NCBI GenBank assembly: GCA_009103225.1
Contig: RHPI01001037.1
Span: 1,402,916 to 1,466,915 of the forward strand
Length of the DNA stretch: 64,000 bases
DNA from: Chlorokybus atmophyticus
Lineage: Eukaryota > Plantae > Mesostigma and Chlorokybus algae
Direction: 5' to 3'
The translations under genes and the position numbers were made by a program. The stretch's first letter is position 1. Every line of letters begins with the position of its first letter. A model generated the notes under the pieces. The model had not been told where the DNA came from, ran no database searches, and worked only from the letters and a program-made list of their open reading frames with translations. This document shows positions 1 through 12,958 of this stretch, piece after piece.

Positions 1-61
1 CTATACACGTTCTGCTATGCCAGAAACAGGTCACACGCCTTGCTCATCAACCCAACACTAC

Positions 62-835
62 TCACCCTTCGCAATACTCCTTCCCAGCCTGCGTCATGTC
101 GTGCTCGTGCGGTGTTGAGGTCTGTCTGAACCTCCCATACTTCATGACTTCGTTCTGCATGTCGAACCACGCGGAGAAGTGGCAGCACCCGTACATGTTG
201 TCCCGTGCATCTTCGGGGCAACACGTGGCGGGGATGCGCCACGTGAGGCACGCGGTGGTGTCGGTGAAACCCGACACATACGTGGGAGAAGTTCTCAACT
301 GAACTCGAGCGAGTTTGCCATCATGTTTACACACGATGAACAGCTCCGGGCTCGCACTCCTTGCCACATCAGTAACAGAACAGAAGGTTGATATGCTGGC
401 CAAGTTGAGCCTCTTTGAGCCTTTCAGGTGCACGTGCGGGACCACATTGCATCCTTTGTCCCCAAACGCCTTTACACAGCTCTTTTTTTTCATCTCAGCT
501 TTCTTCATACTCGGCACAAGAACAATCTCCTTGCCCATCTTCAACACGCAGAAGGCCATATATGCATTTTCACCAGCATGAGCCAACATCGGATAGCACC
601 CACGCACAACATCCTTGATACCACCTTTCTCATATGAAGGCCACATTGTGTGGTAGTACTTCTCCTCCGCCTCATCAGCAAGCTGCCTCCATGTTGTGTT
701 CACGCAGCGGAAGGTCGCCAAGCCACGCGGACACGACTTGTTGGCGATGAGGTGCAGGAGGTGAGGGTTGTCAAGGACTCGTTCGTAGGGTGAGATGGGG
801 GAAGGCTGACGGCGAGATGAGGACCTTGTGATCAT
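62..835 (-). CDS. F-box-like protein (N-terminal F-box-like motif, unrecognised C-terminal domain); start uncertain
   Basis: The non-repetitive part of ORF 62..1321 starts at ATG 835 (MITRSSSRR...). RVLDNPHLLHLIANKSCPRGLATFRCVNTTWRQLAD resembles the F-box consensus (L..ILS.L...DL..L..VCK.WR.L). The upstream SLSL part of the ORF is microsatellite. Confidence 0.55.
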   Translation of the reverse strand: MITRSSSRRQPSPISPYERVLDNPHLLHLIANKSCPRGLATFRCVNTTWRQLADEAEEKYYHTMWPSYEKGGIKDVVRGCYPMLAHAGENAYMAFCVLKMGKEIVLVPSMKKAEMKKKSCVKAFGDKGCNVVPHVHLKGSKRLNLASISTFCSVTDVARSASPELFIVCKHDGKLARVQLRTSPTYVSGFTDTTACLTWRIPATCCPEDARDNMYGCCHFSAWFDMQNEVMKYGRFRQTSTPHEHDMTQAGKEYCEG

Positions 836-905
836 GGCTGCAGAGAGGTGTTTGAAGAGAGAGTTTGTCAGTGGATGGGTGCGTGTGTACATGTGAGGAA
901 CATGC

Positions 906-907
<2 letters not shown>

Positions 908-995
<88 letters not shown>

Positions 996-1186
996 NNNNN
1001 NNNNNNNNNNNNNNNNNNNNNNNNNNNNNNNNNNNNNNNNNNNNNNNNNNNNNNNNNNNNNNNNNNNNNNNNNNNNNNNNNNNNNNNNNNNNNNNNNNNN
1101 NNNNNNNNNNNNNNNNNNNNNNNNNNNNNNNNNNNNNNNNNNNNNNNNNNNNNNNNNNNNNNNNNNNNNNNNNNNNNNNNNNNNNN

Positions 1187-1229
<43 letters not shown>
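908..1229. repeat. (GA)n microsatellite spanning an assembly gap (N 996-1186)
   Basis: Directly visible GA dinucleotide run on both sides of the N block. Confidence 0.98.
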
Positions 1230-1234
<5 letters not shown>

Positions 1235-3143
1235 CTGAACTGACCTTTGCAAGGCGAGCACCGCATTCAGGAGTAGATAGCCAGCAAAAGGCGACAAGAA
1301 GCTTGCAAGCAGCCGCTCCACCGCTTCTGTCCAGCTGGGAAGGAGTTATGTGAAGGACAAGAAAAGGGTCTGAAGGATTAGAAGCTAGAAGCAACGACGG
1401 GAGCAGAGATTACTGAGCATATACCTAACGACTTGCTTGCTTCCGCCGTCCCCACCTTAGCCGCCGTCGCTAAGTTGGCGGCAGGGATTGGACAAGAGTT
1501 TGAAATTTGAACCCATGCAGTTTGCTCTTATAAGGAAGGGCAGCTTCCGGACGGGGAAGGTCCTGGGGCAGTCTTCAGCGGAAGTCGCTAACCCAGGCTA
1601 TAGCCACATTGATAAGTCATGGCTATCAGGCTTCAAGCCCATGCTGGTGTTAACTATGGCTTTGAGAAATGGGTGTGCTCCAACTGCTCATGTGCAGTAT
1701 TTGATCTTACCAGCTTAGCTTATCTGACCCCACGTATCGCAATCTGTGTTTATTAATAATATTGATTGGGTCAATTGCATTGAATGTTGAACGTTGTAAT
1801 GTAATGATAGCTGCGCAATGCGTGCATTTTTGGTCATTCACAATCAACAACGTTACGCATTGGGTAGGTGGCATAACATTTATTACATACCTAGTATTCA
1901 TGCATGTAAGTAAACAAAGCACGAAGTCGAAACATTGTACAAAACTCACATTCATATACATATGATGTACCATGCACACGTGTGCACGAAAGCAAAAATA
2001 GGATTATAGAGTAAGATGCAAATAGATTACAATGCACAAACAAGGATGCATGGGCCAACGCACACCATTGTCATACCTGTAAATGCGCAGCTTTAATGCT
2101 ATTGATTGCATTGTAATGTGTAGCAACACCGAGTATTGAAAAGTAATAAATTACAATAGCATCCCGTCGTATGCGCGCAGTCATTTTTGCAGCAATCACG
2201 AATGTGGACTCTCAATCCAATCATTCAATTAATAGTCAACATATGGTAGGGTGATTATTAATGTTTGTGACATAATATGCATGCTCCGTGTCACAATAAG
2301 CTTGATAAACGTGAACTAACCAAATTGGTTGAACAACGGTGTCATTCCCTGCGCCTCATTCCACTGCGTTGTACATATCACTCCATTTTTGTGCGCAACC
2401 TTGCGGACTTGTTAAACAAGTTTTGTTTTGATAATCATTATCAAACTACAGCTTTTAACCTATGTAGCTCGGTTCCTCTAATGTAAGGGAGAGAGAGAGA
2501 GATACAAGGCAGAAGTAAAGTACTCAAAGCTTGCGAGGTTGGTTGATGAGTCATGCACCGTATTTAAGTCAGTTTTCTAATTGCCCTGCATAAAACCGCA
2601 AGCATCTTGTATACCATACAAGCTAGTAGCTTGAATTTTCCACATCAAATTTGTTTAAAAAGCCGTGTGTTTAATGGCGACGACGTGCTTGTTGGAGGAG
2701 CACGGGACCTTACGGAGTCTGGGCTTGCAGGCATGAGGGCCGCGAGTTACACTTCGGCGGGCTTCTTACAGGCGAGCTGCAGGCGCGCGTCACCAGCGCT
2801 TTTGCCTCGGGGTCCCAGCCCGAGTTTCCGCGCAGTCATAGCTTAACGGTGAGGATAGCCGTAGTGATCACGAGAATGGCGATGACAATTAGTCGAGTGT
2901 GTGGCTTCGAGGTTGGGTTTAAGGCTGCCTGAGCGAGTTGTTAATGTCATTAATCTCTTTTATCCCTGCATTAATTTATTGTCTTTTTCTCTCTCGCTCT
3001 CGCTCTCGCTCTCACTCGCGCACGCACACGCACGCCTTCTCTGCTGTTTTATGAGCATTTATTGGGTTTTTAACGATCAAAAAACAAATTAAACTCGGTG
3101 TATTTGGCAATTTTACAAATACAACGTGAATAGCACATGCCAC

Positions 3144-3367
3144 CTCGAGCACATTGAAGGCGAGTATGGCTTTGCACTACCGAACTTTGCAAATACATTA
3201 TCGCAATGGTTTATCGACTTGATCAGATCCGTTCACGTGGTTTGTGCATTTCACCAAGACACATCGAGACCTCGTCCAGGAAGTGTCCTCCAACATGAGA
3301 TTAGGCGGTAGCTGTTACAACATGTTGGTGGTAGTGCAAGGCCATACTTGCTTTCAATGTGCTCGAG
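3144..3367. repeat. 38-bp inverted repeat (3144-3181 / 3330-3367) with 148-nt spacer
   Basis: CTCGAGCACATTGAAGGCGAGTATGGCTTTGCACTACC versus the reverse complement of 3330-3367, CTCGAGCACATTGAAAGCAAGTATGGCCTTGCACTACC; 3 mismatches. Confidence 0.85.
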
Positions 3368-4898
3368 CATGATAACATGAATTGAAAACTTGGGAGGTCT
3401 GACCTCATTATTGAATTCAGAAGTTGTGCATTCCACAAATCTTGGATTCAGTTATGCATCAAGGTGTTAATAAATAAATTCAAGCACAAAAATTGTGAGT
3501 TGCTCTGCAACTTTTGCAATTGCTTTCAATAATAAGTGGCATGTTTCACAAAGCGTAATAATTTTTTTCACAACCTCGTGACATACATAGTCCATTATTG
3601 CATGAATATAAAACTTACATGTTTTTATAACTTAGTGTTTAAACGCTCATAACGACGCCAATAGCAAAGCATTTCAAGATTACGTCAAAGCCAAACCTGC
3701 GGGTTTTTTTAATTGGTATAAGTGGGACATTTCAACTTGTTATCTAATTGATGATCGAGGCAGATATGAGAAAGGCCATTTATAATTGCACCTGGTATCA
3801 ACAATGTACCAATGGCGCAAAGGCAAAGTGTAACACGGCATGTTAACCACAAAGCTACTAGCGCATCGTATGGTAGCGACTTTCGCTGTCATGAAAGCGG
3901 TTACGTGTTTAATACAGCCTCATTTCATACACGTTGCATAGAGCTGGAAGGACAATAAGCCATTCTCGACATTCTCTTCAGCTGCAATGTCATCGTTAGT
4001 CACCCAGTATTACGATGAGCCATTGTCAATAACATTAAAACACACCGCCCCAACGTCACGGTCACGAAATCACACTTCAAAGGCACGTCTGCCATGATAG
4101 CGATGAGATATTAGTTAAACTACATGTTAATGACTCGTCAAACATCGGATGTGGCGTGCAAAAACGACCGCGCATGTCAATTAAAGCTAATTGTTCTCAT
4201 TGCACAATAATGCATACGGGTATGCATTGCAAGTCAATGTCTACACGTACATGGGTATGCATTATTATAAGCCGTGCTTGCACATGGCAATGATGCATCA
4301 CATAATGTTATTACACCAGCAGTAATTCAGCCGTTATGTCCATGGCGCTGGGCAAAGCGCCATGGACAATGTATATGCCCCAAATGTAGGGCCATTTCGC
4401 GCGCCACAAAAGCAAAGGGGTCACGCGCGATGCGAATTGCCCTATTGAGGCAAGGGCAATTTTTTGGCATTAGAGCAGCACAAGCCCTTATGCAATGCGC
4501 ATTTGAGAAGAATGCATTACAACAGTTGGCGCTTGGCTGACTGCCTTTGGAAACTTGCTGATCGGGTTTGTCGCATACACGTACGCATGCACACGCAACG
4601 GCGCACCGTTAGATAGTGACGCCTACTACAGCTTGCTGCCTCACCTCACCGCCTTGCCCCCATCATCGATGCTAGAACACACGTCTGTACACATGACTAG
4701 CCGCACGCACGCTGACTCTTACCTTGCTGCTATTATCTTTGAGTTTCCCTTTCAAACATGTGCGAGTTTGTTAGCTACACGTTAGCAATGGTGGCATTGT
4801 GTGTGGCATGGTAGGAGTGGGGGCTAGGTTGGAACAGGATGGTGAGGTAGCACATGGTATCATACCATGTCCATGATGTGACGTCACGTCACGTTAGT

Positions 4899-5023
<125 letters not shown>

Positions 5024-7634
5024 NACACGCGTGCTAGCATATGCATTGTGCATACAGGTGCAATCTTACTATTCAGTCCATATACGCACACGCACGCACA
5101 AAATGAAGTACTACCGTTCCTTCTTGACAGATTTGGGTGAGACCTTCAGGCCATAGCAAATGCAAATGTTCTCGTGACTTCGTTGTAAGTCCTGCGCGTG
5201 CAGCTGCTTAGCATCGTCTGCATTCGCTCACTAGGCAGCAGCAGCAAGTGATGGCACGGCAAGTTATACTTACCCAAGCATGATGAGTTTGCCGGATTCA
5301 ATATCTCTGCCCAGGTATAGCGAGCGATCAGCACAACATCATACATACACCATGGTTAGCACTACTGATTGGTTGTGCACAGACAAGTGCGGATGGTGAC
5401 GCGGTTGTACTTGTAAGTACCACACAGCCTTTCCCTGTATTGCAACCAGTTGCACCCACAGGTGGCACCATGTGTGCCAACGTCGCAAATTGTTTCCTCT
5501 CCGGCCGGCCGATGAAATATTGGCAACGGCCGTGCACCTGAGGATACTTATTTCGGCTGTCGTACTCCAGTCCACCTGTAATCTCGATACAGAGGCATGA
5601 GTATAACGGCCGTCACCATCAGTCGGCGGCCGTTTTAATAAAGGAACTGACCTAGACTGACAGGTATCTGCTAAAAACCCATCAGTCAAGCAAAGGGGAC
5701 TTGACCTAACTAATCGGTACCCAACAGTTAGGTACCGGCGACTGTACCTCGAAGGTACCCAACTATCAGGTCCCTTTGGTACCTTATGGTACACTCAAAG
5801 TACTTGACGTCACTGTCCCCAATACCTATCGGTACCATTCAGTCACGAGCAGGTACTGCATGTGATTGTCGTCAACTGTGAGAGACCGCGAGGCACAAAT
5901 ATAGAATATAATATAATAACTTGACTGATTCACAGATATATGATATAATATAATAACAATAAACAATGTAACATGTTGCTACGCTACAATGTAAACTACA
6001 TTGAGCTACTACTACTACTACTACTACTACAACATTGAGCTACTACTACTACTACCCTATATACTCTACCCTTATGCTCAGCCGCCGCTCCTCCACTCTC
6101 CACTCCTCCGCTCCTCCGCCGCCCTTGCCGCTCCTCTTCCGCTTGGCCTGGTCGGCAAGAAGGGCGTCAACACAACGGCATCATACACACATACAAAGAA
6201 ACTCACCTACCATGCCGCCGCCGCCGCCGCCTGGCCTGGCCTGTAAGAAGGGCGGGTTGCGCTGTTGCACTGAACATAACGCCATCATGCACATGCAACT
6301 CGACTACTCTGTGTACACAAATATACACAAACTCACCAACCGTGCCGCCGCCGCCGCCGCCACCATCGCCAACGCCACTGCCGCCGTCGCCGCCGCCGCC
6401 GCCGCACAACTGTCCTTGTAAATGAAGCCGTCCAGTGTTTGAAACGCTGCTGCGTTCCAAACGCTCAACGTCTTCATGTTCAATGGTACAGTCGTACCAC
6501 TAAAATGGCACGACAGCACCGTTGTACCATTGAATGATGAGTACCGTATAGGGTGCTTTGATGGGACTGTTGTACTATCGCAATGGTACTATTGTTCATT
6601 AAATGTGCCGAGTATAATTAACCGGACTGACAGGTACTTGCCGCCATCGCGCCTCCCTCTTAGGAGACTTAGTTGAGATTCAGTGGTCACTTGCTTGCCA
6701 ATGTCGGTTAGTCGCCGCCGCGGCTTATGTACGGCCGACGGCCGGCCGCGGGTCAACTCCGACTCACCAGTATCGATCGCCGCCATTAGGGACCTGAATA
6801 TACACTTAATTGCCATTACAGGTAGGTCGCCGTTACGGAAGCAGTATGACCGGCGGTCGGCCATCACAATATGTTGATGTCACGTCATCACCGGTAGGCA
6901 ACAGTCCAATGTACTGTACGATCGACGGTCGGCAATTGATTATTGTCCACAATACGCATCGGCAGTTTATTCAGTCCCTTTGTGGCCCAAGTCGTTAGGT
7001 CCGTTAGGGTCAGGCATCCAACAGTCCCTCAGTCTCTCGTCACTGTGTAAAATTTGCGATGAACTGTGTATAGGATATATGACATGCTATTAGGCACACG
7101 CATGCAATGCACCACAACCACTCAAGCATTACATGCACACCAGTATACATTTCACCGTTGTCACCATCGGGCTAATCTACTGCACTAAACTACTAGCTAC
7201 TAGCCTTCCTGGTTTGACAGGCATGTACATGCACACGTTTATCATTACCTGCCCACACGGGCTGAGTTGATCAGATGTGGCACTATCAATAATTGTCTGA
7301 CCAGATGCTTAGGCACACGTCAAAAGGCGTGCTTATGCACTGTATAGAATAATGGGCACTTGCTACGCACCAGGTGGGGCTCAATGAGGCTGTGGATGTT
7401 ACTATTACATACTCACTCCATGCACGCAAGTGGTACAAGTCCAGCAACCACAACAGTGGCATGGCTGGGCATGCTGTAATGCACCAGTGGGGAGCATTAC
7501 TTCACATGCCCGCTGTATGCATGATCTCTCACGTGCTTGAACTGTTCTGTCTAACCCTAATCCAAGGCCTACTGTTTTGGCCTGCAGCCGTTGTTGTGAG
7601 TTGCGTGCCAGGAACAAGGACGTCCACGCAGCTT

Positions 7635-8054
7635 CTGGCGGGGGCTGGTCGTCGTCATCAGCACTATCGTCGTCGTCCTTGTCATCCTTGCCATCCTTGC
7701 CGTCCAGTGTCACACTGCCTTACCCAAGCCTTTGCCTGCCTCCTACCTTGTGCAGGTAGTTTGGCAGGGCCATCATAGCTGCTGCTGCCTGCCTACTGCC
7801 TGCCTCACTGCCTGCCTTGCATGCACATAGGTCCAGCCCCGTAGCTGGCGGGGGCTGGTCGTCGTCATCAGCACTATCGTCGTCGTCCTTGTCATCCTTG
7901 CCATCCTTGCCGTCCAGTGTCACACTGCCTTACCCAAGCCTTTGCCTGCCTCCTACCTTGTGCAGGTAGTTTGGCAGGGCCATCATAGCTGCTGCTGCCT
8001 GCCTACTGCCTGCCTCACTGCCTGCCTTGCATGCACATAGGTCCAGCCCCATAG
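7635..8054. repeat. Near-perfect 2 x 210-bp tandem duplication downstream of SF3B1
   Basis: 7635-7844 and 7845-8054 match apart from about one substitution (CCCCGTAG versus CCCCATAG). Confidence 0.92.
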
Positions 8055-8490
8055 CTAGCTAGTTGTATGTGCCTTGTGGTGGTCTATATTGCTTTGGTTT
8101 TGTGTGTCTGCTTGTTTGCTTGTGGCCCCTCTGCTGTACCCTATGCTAGTTTGCTACCAATGCAGTAGATTATGAGCTTCCATTGCTCTTGGGCAGCATG
8201 TTGCAAGAAGGTCACCAGTTTGCAGGCATATGGGGTCAGGCCAGCCATGGCTTGCATATGTACACCAGCTCAGCACGCAATAGAAAAAATCAGCAGGACT
8301 GCACAATCAAGCTACTGACACAGCCTGCAAACACCTAAACAGCTGCCCATCAGACCGCAGAATGGCAAGTCATATGATGTACACTCTGCTGTCAATGTTA
8401 AAGTGGAACAGCGTACACAGATTGCAGGCCAACACAGCCTGTTGCCAACACTACCGTGCGCAAAACTATGCTACAGGTCTACAAGGTCTC

Positions 8491-11400
8491 TTAGACAAAC
8501 AGATCTAACTCATGCCGCCTGTAGTTGTTCTGCCCGTCATCGTCGAGCTGCGGGTACGCCGATATGAGGGCGTCCTGTGCGCCTATGTACAGGTTGTTGT
8601 AAACCTTCCAGTAAATCTCTCGGACCTTGCGCGCGGGGTGGAAGAGTCCCTGCAAGGCGTAGTTAAGGACATAAGGCGCGCCCAGGGACACGCGAAAGCC
8701 ATCTATGGCACCCATGACGGCGTTGTGGACGTGCGGGGACGTCTCAAAGATGTTAGGCCACACAAAATTCATCAGATGGACCAGCGCATCCTCGCAACCC
8801 AGCCCGGCCACGCCCAACGCCATGTGCATGACCGCAGAGCTGGCTGTTTGCCTGTGCACCAAATCGCGGTCCATCAGAGCGTCCTCCAGCAGCGGGGTGA
8901 CGGCGTAGATGTAGTCCTTGCCCATCTCGCCAATGTACTCAAACAAGAAGGAGAGGGACTTCAGCACACCGTTCTGCACGTTCAACTCCGGCACGCGGTA
9001 TTCGTTCATCAGGGCAGGCAACACGGTGAAGGGCGAGCACGTCTCTGCCACGATGGCAATGGCCACAGTTGTGCACACGCGGTTCTGGCGCTCCTGGACC
9101 TTCAAGTTATTCAGCAATGTTGCCAGCACGTCCTGAGGGCCAATAGCCTTGGCAATATAGCCGAAGGTGTTGACGGTAGCTCGCCTGATGCCCTTCTTGT
9201 GGGCCTTCAGCATCTCGAGAAGCTCGAAGCAGATGCGCATCCATTCCCTTGCAGGAACAAACTCTGCTCCACGGTCAGCAACGCGTCCAACAAGATCGAT
9301 GCAATTCTCCTGCACCTTCTCGTGCCTGTTCTTGAGGATGGGAGTCAACCGGGGCAGCAGATCCTTGATTGGAGGTGTCATCTTGGTCATACCAATGACG
9401 TTCACAATAGCCTTTAGGGCGCCCAGAATGGAGCCCAGCACCTCGGGGTACTCCTCACCAAGGTACTCGTACAGCACCACGCCAAGATGCCCCATAAGCT
9501 GCTCCTCACCACACTGCTTCATTACGATTGCAATGCGGGCAATTAGATCTGCGGCCTGCTGACGCACCTTCGCGCTCTTATTGTTGAGCCTCCACTTGAT
9601 GGTACCGCAAATCTGAGGCAGATACGGCTTGACACGCTGGCCAAGGGCGTTCACCACCGTACCAAACCCGTTAAGCATAACATTGCTGTCATCGCTCGTT
9701 TGCTCTTGGAAAGCATACAAGATACCATCAATCAACAACTCCTCCAGGCGAGCATCAATGTCTGAGGTGCCGAGGTTGGCAACAACCTTTTCAATGGTCT
9801 CCATGACCATGCGGCGATAGGGCTCACTCTCATCCTTCAAGTCTTCAACGATGCGGCCTATAATCTCTGCACCACCAGTCTTGTTGGCAATCTCAACGGT
9901 GGTCTCCACCAACTGCCGGTAGTTACGCCTGTCCAAGGCCATACGCCGCACCCAGAAGTTGCGGAAGAACTCTGGCAAGATCTCTGCGCGGATGTAGTCT
10001 GCTTCAACGCCGTCAGTGGCCACGCACTGCTTGACCACCTTCAACACGATCTTCTTCATTTCTTCATCAGGGCTCTGGAACTCCCTGATCAGAATAATCA
10101 TCACCTCCTTCGTGTAGTAGTTCGCGTACATGGCGTCCATCAAGGGGATAATGAAGCCAATAGCCTTCAAAAAGGCTGCCAACACCTTGCCTCGATGTGC
10201 ACGGATGCCCTTCCACAGTGGCTTCAGCACAGAGTCGAAGCTCTCAATACCATATGGTGCAGAGGACTCAGCCAGGGCTGCAAGAGCGAGCGCACAGATA
10301 GTCCTGACTTTCTGGTTCTCATCGTTCAGGCCATGCTCAATGATCTCAACAAGGGATCGCAAATGCGGCAGCACGGCACAACCCATGAGGATGGCAATCT
10401 GCTGAACAATCTTTATGCCTGTATGACGCGCCTGCCAGGACTTCTTGCTCTGACAGACAGCCTTCAGGAAAGGAATTAGAGCTGGAATGCCCAGAGCTGA
10501 TGCCACAACAGAGAAAGCACGAGCCGTAGTATTGCGCACGTACTCATCAATGTTGTCAATGTCAGGACGCATGGCAGCAATCATGGTAGCCAGACCAGCA
10601 GCCTTGCTGAGGTTGGAGATAATCTCACGGCCCTCCACACGAGCATAGTAGTCCTCATCAATAAGCAAGGGCTCGATGACCACAAGAATCTTATGCACAA
10701 ATGGCCGAACCAGCTCATCCAGCTTGTAAAGGATGCGATCAATAACCTTCACCAGCAAATGCCGCTCCTGATCTTCAAGTGTTGGCGACATCAGCAATGG
10801 CAAAATCTGGTTGAAAAGCGGGCCCGCACCGAACTCCCTAGCCTTGTCGGTTAGCTGCCGCAATGCCTGTTTGCGCTGAGGTGGTGTGCCATTCTTGACC
10901 TTGAGCAAGAGCTTCATGATCTTGCGCTCCTTCACTTCATCTGGGCTGAGCTCTTCATCAGGAGTCTCACTCATCAACGCAGCAAAGTACTGGTAGTCTT
11001 CTGGCTTTAGTGCAGGAAGCCCACCAGGACCTTCATTGGGCACATCAAACTTCTGCTGCCGATCTTCTTCAGGAATGGCATACATTGGGGTGGCACCGAC
11101 TGAAGGCGTTGGTGTTGCGAGGAGCTTGCGTGCAGGTGTTCGAATGGGGACGTACGAAGCGGGAGGTTCCAGGACCTTGTAACCCTCAGCAGGAAACATG
11201 GCATCAAGCTCTTCATCAGTCAAAGGCCGGTTACGCTCTTGAATTTCAGACTCCCATCGCATGGCATTGTACTGCTCAGGAGTCATGGGGACCTTGATCT
11301 GGCTGGGAGTTGGCGTCATCATGTCCATCGCACCCAAGGGAGTAGCACCGGGCGTGAACGCGCCAGTAATACTAGGTGTTGCACTACCCATGGTTGCGGG

Positions 11401-12720
11401 AGTCTCATCCCACCGAGAGCGCTGGCGCTTTGGAGTTGCCCCGACCTTGGGTGTGGCATCCCATGAATTACCGGCAGGTGTTATGCCAGGGGTCTGTGCA
11501 TCTTCGGTGACGCGCCCTGGTGTTGGTGTCTCATCCCAGCGGTTGCGTCGAGGACCTGGAGTAGCATCTGTGGACGGCCTGCCAGGGGTGGGCGTTGCAT
11601 CCCACCTATTTGGTGCTGGAGTCGCGGCATCGTCATCCCACTCTGATTCAGTCTTTGGTGCTTTGGCAGGCGTTGGCTGATCCCAACGGTTCTTCCTTTT
11701 GTCACCGACAGCAGCGGATGGGGCGGCTGCCTGAGGTGGTGCTTCCTTCTGCTCCTTGCGCCTCTCTGCCTCCTCCTCTTTCTGCTTAGCGATTGCTCTG
11801 AGGGTGTCATCTTTCTTGCGCCGCAGCGATTCCTCCTTCATAACATCCGCATATGTGCGTACAGACACATCTGGCGTCTTGTCCCCCATGGCGAAGGCAT
11901 CGTTGCGACTAGGACTCAGCATGCGGTTCAAACGCTGTTTGCGATAGTCATCCTCCCGGTCTGTAATGCGCGCCGGCTTGCGAAACCCCAACTCGTTATC
12001 GGTAACTTCTCCCCGGGGCAAATCTTCTAGAACAGACTTTGGTGCGGTATAACTCCTAAGTTTGCGGGAAACCTCTTGTTCCGTTTCTGCCAATTAAGGA
12101 ACCGCTAGTTAGTACCTTTATACATACTAACCGATCATAACGCATGCACATACTCAAAAGAGAGAATGTGCCTCTACCTTCTGCCAAGCATATCTCAGAC
12201 ACTGACTACCATCAACTGCACGGCCTACAGGAAAAAGCCCAACAGTGCGCTTGATGGCAAATCCAGACGCTTGTGACGAATAGAAGCCAGCACATGCCGA
12301 CTAACAAGCTCAGGACGTGCTCAGAGACAAGCACAGTAGCTGTGTGGTGATTGTGCAAATCTTTGGCTGCCCAGCATAATATGCTCAAAGCAGCATTCAA
12401 ACGATTGAAAAGTACATGCATGCTACTCACCGAACGCATGCTATTGTAAGCTGCGCAGCAAAGCGAACCGCAAGCGACATATAGCAACGCAAAAACTGGT
12501 GACTGTAACCACACTGTCTGAATGCGTTTGCATACAGCGTACCAGTCTCTTCTTCGCCATCTCCAACAGCAATTGAAGCAACATAACCCTCCTTGTCTCC
12601 ACCACCGTAGAGATCCCTATCGAAAAAGGCGCTCCCGGCAGACAGAGCGGCAAGCTCCTCTTGCTTCTTCTTGCGGTCAGCCTGAGCGGCCAGAATCTCC
12701 GCGTCCAGCACGTCCGCCAT
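8491..12720 (-). CDS. SF3B1: Splicing factor 3B subunit 1 (U2 snRNP SF3b155); exons 12543-12720 and 8491-12086, about 1257 aa
   Basis: 1200-aa ORF with RWDETP ULM repeats, the p14-binding region ([14 protein letters not shown]) and HEAT repeats ending [10 protein letters not shown]. Exon 1 ([18 protein letters not shown]...FDRDLYGG) joins in frame through a GT-AG intron. Confidence 0.98.
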
Positions 12721-12918
12721 GGCTGGAGAAGCTCAAGCAGCCGCACGCAGCAAGCTTTTCCAAGAACAATACCAAAATCAAGCCCTCCTTGGAGTAGACA
12801 ACGCCACGTCCTTCTCAAAGTCAGCTGCCTACTACTCCAACCCCCTCCTCGCCGCCTTCACCTTCGCCGCCGCTCCAGCTGCCGCCACAGACGGGCGGAG
12901 CAGATGACCGCTGATGCG

Positions 12919-12958
12919 AACCCTAAGCTGACGTTTAGGGTTCGTCTAGCTAGGGTTT
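12919..12958. promoter_or_regulatory. Telo-box cluster (AACCCTAA / TTAGGGTT / TAGGGTTT) in the SF3B1-PLP3 divergent promoter
   Basis: Three telomere-like motifs within 40 bp, about 200 bp upstream of the SF3B1 ATG. Telo-boxes are known plant promoter elements. Confidence 0.55.

Noticed and set aside
848-1394. Long ORFs with SLSL/ERER runs (also 4854-5156)
   Set aside because: These are translations of (GA)/(TC) microsatellites and N gaps, not proteins.
2747-2839. 30-aa minus-strand ORF MTARKLGLGPRGKSAGDARLQLACKKPAEV, faintly like the histone H3 tail
   Set aside because: Only scattered short matches (TARK, QLA, KKP) in a very short ORF; chance similarity is likely.
3400-4500. AT-rich stretch with stop-riddled, protein-looking frames (also 22010-23300 and 59100-61000)
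   Set aside because: No motif could be assigned; probably old TE debris, but I cannot support that by eye.
7645-7713. FLAG-tag-like DDKDDDD peptide suggesting vector contamination
   Set aside because: There is no DYKDDDDK and no vector context; it is ordinary GAC/GAT-rich low complexity.
10130-10560. SF3B1 hotspot residues (human R625, H662, K666, K700 equivalents)
   Set aside because: All appear wild-type ([22 protein letters not shown]).
8512-11810. Long antisense or alternate-frame ORFs over SF3B1 (also over eEF3, e.g. 36097-36963)
   Set aside because: Expected shadow ORFs of GC3-biased coding sequence; no recognisable domains.
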